A stretch of DNA of 36,797 bases from Methanothermococcus sp. SCGC AD-155-E23 (lineage in GTDB: Archaea > AGJL01 > Methanococci > Methanococcales > Methanococcaceae), in assembly GCA_019561615.1 (NCBI GenBank), contig JAHEQA010000045.1, positions 35,740 to 72,536 on the forward strand, in the 5' to 3' direction. The notes under the pieces are model-generated. The model was not told the origin of the DNA and made no database searches. It saw only the letters and a program-made list of their open reading frames with translations. Shown piece after piece: positions 30,634-36,797 of the stretch. The position numbers were made by a program, and so were the translations under genes. Positions within the stretch are counted from its first letter, which is position 1. The number at the start of each line of letters is the position of its first letter.

Positions 30634-31564
30634 AACCTCCACTGATAGATAGCATATAGTCGATAGCCCTTTTAGCCCTCTCTATTATCTCCTCATCTAG
30701 TACAACCTCGTACTTCTCCTCTACTAAACACCTCTCCAACTTCTCAAGGGTTATCCTCTTCATGGGCTCACAGATGGCATCCTCCCTTAGAGGTATTAAC
30801 TTCTTCTCCTCCCCCCTCTTTTCCAACTCTATCTTCAGCCTAGTTATCATGTCCACCTCGGTACCTATTATAAATACCTTCTCAGGGGAGTTGAGAACAT
30901 GTTTAACCATACCCCCTGTACTGTAGACGTAATCTGCCATCTCCTGGACATCAGGGTCACACTCAGGATGCACTAAGACCTGGGCATCTGGATACTTCTT
31001 TTTAACCCTCAATATATCCTCAACTGTGAACTTCTTATGTACGTAGCAGTGGCCATCTTCAGGCACTGGGATTATCTTCTTCCCAGTTCTCTTCTCCACG
31101 TAGTATCCAAGGTTTCTATCTGGCCCAAATATAATCTCATCCTCTTTAAAGGAGTTAACCACGATATGGGCATTTGCAGAGGTACATACTCCATCTGCCA
31201 GAACCTTGACCTCTGAGAGGGTATTTATGTATATAACCACCTTGGCGTTGGGATGCCTCTTTTTAGCCTCCATTATCATCTCAGGGGATAGTTGATGGGC
31301 CATGGGGCACTCTGTATCTTTAATCTCAGGTATCAGTACTTTCTTGTCCTTGTTAAGTATCTTTGCAGTTTCAGCCATAAAATCCACACCACAGAATACC
31401 ACAATATCGGCATCTGTCTTCTCAGCTATCCTACAGAGCTCCAGGGAGTCACCTATAAAATCGGCAACCCTCTGGATCTCTTCAGGTTGATAGTTGTGGG
31501 CGAGTATTATGGCGTTTTTCTCCCTCTTTAGTTTATCAATCCTCTCCCTTATGCCCATCACCAT
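30632..31564 (-). CDS. nadA: Quinolinate synthase
   Basis: ILAHNYQ, GDSL, FCGVDFMAETAK, CPMA, YINT, CTSANA, CYVH, VHPEC, STGGM, CEPMK. Confidence 0.96.
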   Translation of the reverse strand: MVMGIRERIDKLKREKNAIILAHNYQPEEIQRVADFIGDSLELCRIAEKTDADIVVFCGVDFMAETAKILNKDKKVLIPEIKDTECPMAHQLSPEMIMEAKKRHPNAKVVIYINTLSEVKVLADGVCTSANAHIVVNSFKEDEIIFGPDRNLGYYVEKRTGKKIIPVPEDGHCYVHKKFTVEDILRVKKKYPDAQVLVHPECDPDVQEMADYVYSTGGMVKHVLNSPEKVFIIGTEVDMITRLKIELEKRGEEKKLIPLREDAICEPMKRITLEKLERCLVEEKYEVVLDEEIIERAKRAIDYMLSISGG

Positions 31565-31567
31565 CCC

Positions 31568-32191
31568 TCATCTGTAGATACTGTGTAAAACCTTCAGGCA
31601 CTCTATTGTCATCTTCTTCCCTATCTCATCTAAGATATATGGAGTTATAGGTTCCCCATCTTTTATATGTTTCCCAGTACCTACCACGGTGTGCCCCTCC
31701 TCTTTAAGTTTAAGGTACCTTGCAGGACCCCTTGCATACTTGGCATCTGAGACCTTCACCTTCTCATCTATACCGAAGACCCCATCTGTACCTATGGTCT
31801 TTATCCCCCTCTTTTTACAGTAGTCTATTATCATGAGTCTTGTTGGAAGGGTATCTCCTCCAGCGATACAGATTATAGCAACGTCACCCTTTATCATATG
31901 GAGGTTATCCACCTTTATGTTCTTGGGAATCCCTACAACCCTCTCACTGTAAAACCTCTCTAGGAATTTAACCTTGTATTCTCCAACCTTTCCTCCAAGT
32001 CTTCTATGGATGATGTCGTTCCTCTCTATCTTCGCCTCGTCAAATAGATATATCTTCTCAGGACCTCCCCTATGAACCTCCATTAAATTCATTGCAACAC
32101 GAACTCCCAGTCTACCACATCCAATGATAGATACCTCCCCCCTTGGACGTAATCTCTTCTCCAGGTTTTCCACATCTTCCATGGTTATCAC
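31568..32191 (-). CDS. hcgE: ThiF/E1-like FeGP cofactor biosynthesis protein HcgE
   Basis: P.GEVSIIGCGRLGVR, VHRGGP, IAGGDT.P, GVFG, GTGK.IKD.EPITPYILD match my recollection of the HcgE family. Confidence 0.8.
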   Translation of the reverse strand: MITMEDVENLEKRLRPRGEVSIIGCGRLGVRVAMNLMEVHRGGPEKIYLFDEAKIERNDIIHRRLGGKVGEYKVKFLERFYSERVVGIPKNIKVDNLHMIKGDVAIICIAGGDTLPTRLMIIDYCKKRGIKTIGTDGVFGIDEKVKVSDAKYARGPARYLKLKEEGHTVVGTGKHIKDGEPITPYILDEIGKKMTIECLKVLHSIYR

Positions 32192-32263
32192 TATTGTTCT
32201 GTTATCTTAAACAATTGATATAAAAATAAGAAATTATTAAAAACAGTAAAAAAGGGAAAAAAC

Positions 32264-32400
32264 AGTACTATCAAAGACAGAAGAGATATACCCACCCTTG
32301 GAAAATCGTATTTTCATCGAAGCCCCATGGCTACTCTATACGACCGCCGTATGGGTGGGCCTGTCTCCGCAGTATCATCTTGGATCAACTGCGTACTACT
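32264..32400 (-). ncRNA. Structured H/ACA-like sRNA with an extra K-loop hairpin (possibly HgcC-related)
   Basis: Minus strand shows AGUAC/GUACU closing stem, CGCAGU-UGA-UCCAA-GAUGA-U-ACUGCG K-loop, GAGACAG/CUGUCUU stem, GCCCACCC/GGGUGGGU basal stem, pocket, GUCGUAU/AUACGAU stem, K-turn and AUA box. It has its own TATA box and a T6 tract. Confidence 0.82.
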
Positions 32401-32417
32401 ATATTAATCCCCCATGG

Positions 32418-32430
32418 TATATAAACTTTT
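32418..32430 (-). promoter_or_regulatory. BRE/TATA promoter of the second sRNA
   Basis: AAAAG-TTTATATA, with the same AAAGTTTATATA core as the promoter at 30622-30633, immediately after the cfbB stop. Confidence 0.75.
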
Positions 32431-33768
32431 TTAACAGTGGACTAGGGAGGAGGCTAGATAGGGGTTGGCAACAGGGTGTTGATGTGCATAACCTCCAAGT
32501 ACCCTACCATCTGGGGAGAGGAGTCCATCCATACCATTAACCATACCCCTACCTCTCTCTACCCTATAGGCAAACCTTCCCCTTATTCTCACTACCTTTG
32601 AGTAGTGAAACTCATGGGCCTTGAAGTTAACACCTTTTCTACCTATGGGACAGTTCTCTAAGAAGGTTCCAATTACATAACTTAGACCCTGTACCTCCTT
32701 AGTCATTACACTGTCACACTCCAACAAACCTACCATCTCCACCCCATCTATAGATCTACTTAGATACATGAGACCTCCACACTCTCCGTATATCTTACCC
32801 TCAAAATCCCTTATAGATTCAATCATAGATCTGTTACTACTTAACTCCCTTGCAAATAACTCTGGATATCCTCCACCGAAGTAGAGTACGTCACAGTTGG
32901 GAATTTCAGAATCCCTCAAGGGGCTGAAGAACTTGATATCTCCACCGTTCTCCCTGAGGGCATCGAAGGTGTCCCAGTAGTAGAAGTTGAAGGCCTCGTC
33001 ATAGGCCACCCCTATACTACACCTCCTCCTATCTATATGCCAAAGCCTAGTATCCCTCCTCTCTCCAAAGTCTACACTGTCACCTATCTCCACTATCCTC
33101 TCCAGGTCTAGACACTCCTCAACTACAGAGGCCCAGAGATCTATATATCTCTCTATCCTCTCCCTATTCTCAGGTGTTGGTACAAGGCCTAGATGTCTCT
33201 GGGGCACCTCCAGTCTTTCATCCCTGGGTATACCTCCAAGTACCTCTATATCTGGCAGGTAGTAGGATACAGCCTCTTTTAACTTCCTGTAGTGATTCTC
33301 CCCTCTGACCCTGTTGAATATAACCCCCTTAATATTCACATCCCTGTCGAAACTTCTAAATCCCTTTATAATCGCTGCAGCACTTCTTGTTAAACTTCGA
33401 GCATCTACTATGAGTATTACAGGGGCCTCCAGGGCCTTGGCTACAGAGGCGGTGGAACCTATGTCGTTGTAGGGGGATATACCCTCGTATAACCCTCTAA
33501 CACCCTCTATAATACTAATATCTTTGTCCCTGGAGTTTCTCCAGAACAACTCCCTTATCTGCCACCTGTCCATAAAAAAAGAGTCTAGGTTTCTACTGTA
33601 GTTCCCACTTGCAGTGGTGTGATAGGTAGGATCTATGTAATCAGGACCTACCTTGTAGGGTTGTACCTTGTACCGCCTAGAAAGTGCCCTCATTATCCCA
33701 GTGGATATAAGGGTCTTACCTACCATGGAGGATGTACCTGCCAGCACTACCCTTTTTAAATTCTTCAT
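32431..33768 (-). CDS. cfbB: Ni-sirohydrochlorin / cobyrinate a,c-diamide synthase (CfbB/CbiA)
   Basis: [61 protein letters not shown]. CfbB versus CbiA specificity cannot be resolved by eye. Confidence 0.85.
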   Translation of the reverse strand: MKNLKRVVLAGTSSMVGKTLISTGIMRALSRRYKVQPYKVGPDYIDPTYHTTASGNYSRNLDSFFMDRWQIRELFWRNSRDKDISIIEGVRGLYEGISPYNDIGSTASVAKALEAPVILIVDARSLTRSAAAIIKGFRSFDRDVNIKGVIFNRVRGENHYRKLKEAVSYYLPDIEVLGGIPRDERLEVPQRHLGLVPTPENRERIERYIDLWASVVEECLDLERIVEIGDSVDFGERRDTRLWHIDRRRCSIGVAYDEAFNFYYWDTFDALRENGGDIKFFSPLRDSEIPNCDVLYFGGGYPELFARELSSNRSMIESIRDFEGKIYGECGGLMYLSRSIDGVEMVGLLECDSVMTKEVQGLSYVIGTFLENCPIGRKGVNFKAHEFHYSKVVRIRGRFAYRVERGRGMVNGMDGLLSPDGRVLGGYAHQHPVANPYLASSLVHC

Positions 33769-33783
33769 CCTTTCCCTGCTAAG

Positions 33784-34842
33784 TTACTCCAAGATCTCAA
33801 AGTCTACTCCGTGACCAAAGAGGTAGAGTATTACACTTACAGGTACCTCCCTACTCCTGTAGGTGTAGAGGTTGTCACCTATCCTTAAGGAGTCTATCCT
33901 CTCCTTTATCTTGATGTTGTAGTACTCACTGTTGAACCTGGGATATATTGCATCCCTAAGGGGATCGAAGTACTCCAGGGTGTTGTACTTTACCTCTTTA
34001 ACCATGAAACCTGTATAGCCATGTAGGGATCCTATAACCCTTAGTAACCTGATGTCGTCCTCCATCACCTTCTCATCTAACTCCAACCTATTCCTCACCC
34101 TCTCTATTATTTCCAGTATCCTCTTTCTCTCCCTCTCATTTTTTCTCTCAATAATACTCTTCCAGTTATTACTCCTCTCCAACTGGGCTAGTAGCTTCTT
34201 GTTCCTTATGGCCTTAAGTATCCTCCTTCTCCAACCACTACCTACAGAGTTTAGATTTAGATTTTTTCCCAGGATGTACTCTATGAAACACCTCCTCTCC
34301 TCCCTACTCCAGTGTTCAATGGTCTCCCTTATATCCTCATCCCTGGGCTTTATATAGATGTGGTATCCCCTGTTCCCACTGAACACTATCCTTAAATCCT
34401 CCTTGGAGAGACCAAAATCAGGGATTAGGAATTCATCTATGAGGGTAAAGACCTGATTCTTCCCCTCCTCTAGACAGTGTCTACATACCCAGTTCTCATC
34501 CCTGTGGGTACACCTCTTCACCTTATGGACATCTATATCAAAGGCTACCTCCCTCCTGAATAACCCCTTCTTCTGGGCACCTCCCACTGAACTAGGGTAT
34601 CTCATATAGGCCAGGGACTTGTAGAGGTGGAAGGGACTCCTATCTAACACCCATCTTAGATACTCCTCCTCGGAGTTAAAGGAGAGGTTCCTGTTGTCAA
34701 CCTTATTTAGATATCCGTAACCTATCTCCCTATGTTTTATATCCTCTGGAACCTCCAACCACCTATTCTTCACAGCATCTCTAAAGTACTCCCTGTAGTA
34801 CCTCCTTACCAGATTAAATTTATTCCCCTCTAACGTTTCCAT
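33784..34842 (-). CDS. priS: DNA primase catalytic (small) subunit
   Basis: HREIG, EVAFDID, CTH...CRHC Zn site, FSGNRGYH, D..V..D..RLLR..GSLH. Confidence 0.95.
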   Translation of the reverse strand: METLEGNKFNLVRRYYREYFRDAVKNRWLEVPEDIKHREIGYGYLNKVDNRNLSFNSEEEYLRWVLDRSPFHLYKSLAYMRYPSSVGGAQKKGLFRREVAFDIDVHKVKRCTHRDENWVCRHCLEEGKNQVFTLIDEFLIPDFGLSKEDLRIVFSGNRGYHIYIKPRDEDIRETIEHWSREERRCFIEYILGKNLNLNSVGSGWRRRILKAIRNKKLLAQLERSNNWKSIIERKNERERKRILEIIERVRNRLELDEKVMEDDIRLLRVIGSLHGYTGFMVKEVKYNTLEYFDPLRDAIYPRFNSEYYNIKIKERIDSLRIGDNLYTYRSREVPVSVILYLFGHGVDFEILE

Positions 34843-34852
34843 AGAGACACTC

Positions 34853-35152
34853 TTAGAAGTACTTTCTATCCTGAGGTGTTTTTACCTCGTTGATTATCCT
34901 CCTACCTGCCGCCACTTCATCTATACTGTGTATAACTCCATTCATGGATTCCACAACCTTCTTTATCTCCTCGTAATTTAACATGTTTCCCTCGATGGTG
35001 ATTTTAATATTCTCTGTGGACTTGTCTATCTCATGTACAGTGATGTTTACTCCATCTACTCCCTCTAGGTTACACAACTTTAGGGCCAGATCTGTTAATT
35101 TAGGTTCATGGGTTTTTAGGACGTCTAGGACTATCCTCCTTAGCCCCTGCAA
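34853..35152 (-). CDS. DUF211 family protein
   Basis: RRIVLDVLK.HEP, GVDGVNIT, IHSIDEV.AG. Confidence 0.85.
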   Translation of the reverse strand: MQGLRRIVLDVLKTHEPKLTDLALKLCNLEGVDGVNITVHEIDKSTENIKITIEGNMLNYEEIKKVVESMNGVIHSIDEVAAGRRIINEVKTPQDRKYF

Positions 35153-35218
35153 TTTCCACTCCTCCTCCTTACATTTTTTCTAATACCTATATTAGGATGG
35201 GAATTATAAAATTTACTG

Positions 35219-36172
35219 TTAGTTGTCTTTTAAAGTCCCAAGTTTTGCCAGTAGTGCACCAAGCTGTATTCTCTCGTTGGCCCCCTCCACTATCCTGTAG
35301 TCACACTCTCCAACAGCCTCAAGGATTGCCACCTTCTTCCTATCATCTATATCTAGATTTGGAATCTCCCTGAACATCTGTACAAGTATATCCTCTCCAC
35401 TCATACCCCAGTCAATCATAAGTTTGTATAGGAGGTCCCTGGCCTCGTTGAATTTACCATCTAAAGCTAACTTCATCATCTGGCGGATCTCCTCAGGTCT
35501 AGCCCTGGAGGCTACCTTGTAAACGATCTCATCTGTAATATGCTTAGATACCGTTGCAGCAGTCTGTAACACATTTATAGCCTTTCTAAGATCACCCTCC
35601 GATACGTATATTATGGCATCTAAACCTTTCTCATCTATTGTAAGACCCTCCTTCTCACATATCTCCTTAATCTTCTTTGCAATATCCTCTTTCTTCAAGG
35701 GGGAGAATCTAAATATGGCACATCTGGACTGAATAGGTGGGATGATACGACTTGGATAGTTACAACTTAATATAAACCTACAGACATCTGAGTACTTCTC
35801 CATAATCCTCCTAAGGGCATTCTGGGCGTCACTTGTAAGGGCGTCACTCTCATCTAAGAAGATAATCTTAAAGGGGGCACCTCCAATAGGTTTAGTTCTT
35901 GCAAAGTCCTTGACCTTAGTTCTTATCACGTCTATACCCCTTTCATCAGAACTGTTTAACTCCAGGAAGTTCTCCCTCCAGTTTTCTCCAAATAACTCCC
36001 TAGCTAGACATAGTGCCGTAGTGGTCTTTCCCACCCCTGGAGGTCCGCTGAAGAGTAGATGGGGCATGGACTTCTTTTTCACGTAGTTCTTCAACCTCTT
36101 TATAATCTCCTCATGTCCTGTGATCTCATCTAACCTCTTTGGCCTGTACTTCTCTACCCATGGAATATCCAT
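35219..36172 (-). CDS. rfcS: Replication factor C small subunit (intein-free)
   Basis: PWVEKYRP, GPPGVGKT, ELNSSDERG, LDESD, QNALRR, QSRC, GDLR. Confidence 0.97.
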   Translation of the reverse strand: MDIPWVEKYRPKRLDEITGHEEIIKRLKNYVKKKSMPHLLFSGPPGVGKTTTALCLARELFGENWRENFLELNSSDERGIDVIRTKVKDFARTKPIGGAPFKIIFLDESDALTSDAQNALRRIMEKYSDVCRFILSCNYPSRIIPPIQSRCAIFRFSPLKKEDIAKKIKEICEKEGLTIDEKGLDAIIYVSEGDLRKAINVLQTAATVSKHITDEIVYKVASRARPEEIRQMMKLALDGKFNEARDLLYKLMIDWGMSGEDILVQMFREIPNLDIDDRKKVAILEAVGECDYRIVEGANERIQLGALLAKLGTLKDN

Positions 36173-36182
36173 TTTTCCACCT

Positions 36183-36797
36183 TTAGTACTTATTCTTCAT
36201 CTTTTTAAGGAGTTCTATCTCCCTGTCGATGTTGAAACTTAGTACCCCTCTAACTGAAAACTCCCCCCTTTCATTTACCCTACCACTGAATACACACTCC
36301 TCCCCCAGGGTCCTCTCAAATACCTCCTCACCCATACCCTTTAACTCCTCTCTAGGTATATTCAACACCTTCTCAGCTGCTGAACCGTAGAGTCTACAGA
36401 GTATGTTCCCTGTACCGTCGTCTAAGATAAGGGTGCACACTGGCACCTCTCTAGGTTCTACCTCTCCACATTCACTACATATATACCTACCCTCTTCACT
36501 TAGGGTCACCCTCCTGTTACACTGGGGACATAGGTAGAGGATAGGTTCCTGTTTTATATAGTCCACAACTGTACCCCTGATCTCAGCACTCTCCCCAGCC
36601 TCCAACTCCTTTATAAACTTCCTCTCTATGGCTATATCTACACCTTCGGGATTTACCTCGATCCTTCCATACCTCCCTACATTTAACTCCATAACCTTTT
36701 CTCTCATGTATCCGTTTATTATCTTTACTACGTCTCCCTCCTTTATCTCCAGAGAGGCGTGTTCATCCCAGAGTGCAACCCTTATACTGCCAGTTTC
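36183..36797 (-). CDS. rpa: Replication protein A (OB folds plus Zn finger), 5'-truncated by the window edge
   Basis: The frame is open to the window end (ETGSIRVALWDEHA...GDVVKIINGY). It contains CPQC...CSEC and LDDGTG, and lies next to rfcS. Confidence 0.88.
   Translation of the reverse strand, partial: ETGSIRVALWDEHASLEIKEGDVVKIINGYMREKVMELNVGRYGRIEVNPEGVDIAIERKFIKELEAGESAEIRGTVVDYIKQEPILYLCPQCNRRVTLSEEGRYICSECGEVEPREVPVCTLILDDGTGNILCRLYGSAAEKVLNIPREELKGMGEEVFERTLGEECVFSGRVNERGEFSVRGVLSFNIDREIELLKKMKNKY

Noticed and set aside
30409-30645. 78-aa plus-strand ORF
   Set aside because: It has no RBS or recognisable motif, and it is antisense to the H/ACA RNA, which explains the sequence better.
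32298-32540. 80-aa plus-strand ORF
   Set aside because: It is antisense to the second sRNA and the cfbB 3' end, starts with TTG and has no coding signature.
47-35183. Many short antisense or alternate-frame ORFs in the track (e.g. 47-367, 1636-1998, 5794-6255, 27709-28218, 34052-34357)
   Set aside because: They are shadows of well-supported genes, with the Ser/Ile/Leu/Pro-rich composition expected from antisense reading of purine-rich codons.
35219-36172. Possible inteins in RFC-S (also checked in the helicase and PurL)
   Set aside because: Protein lengths are normal and the motifs are contiguous; no intein signatures were seen.

Overview
Gene-dense housekeeping region of a methanogenic archaeon, most likely a Methanococcales member. 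The evidence is hdrBC, an Hmd paralogue, hcgE, cfbB/cbiA, aRF1, PriS, RFC-S, GGTGA ribosome-binding sites and TTTATATA TATA boxes. It holds about 40 protein genes and two tandem tRNA-Gly genes. I found no mobile element or CRISPR array. The main signals missed by the ORF track are these. (1) A promoter-bearing three-hairpin box H/ACA-type guide RNA (30358-30598, minus) with AUA boxes, whose pockets match 23S rRNA U2504, U1917 and U1915 (E. coli numbering; rRNA sequence recalled from memory). (2) A second structured RNA (32264-32400, minus) in which an H/ACA-like hairpin is nested in outer stems next to an extra K-loop hairpin; its target is unresolved. (3) An apparently circularly permuted NitT/TauT-family ABC substrate-binding lipoprotein. 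(4) A CobB/CobQ-like amidotransferase with reversed domain order. (5) An (ATATAG)9 microsatellite beside the TATA box of a divergent Hmd paralogue. (6) A radical SAM gene that appears to start at ATC. (7) An unannotated 42-aa membrane peptide. (8) A frameshift near the end of mdh. Family assignments come from motif recognition only; no database searches were run.
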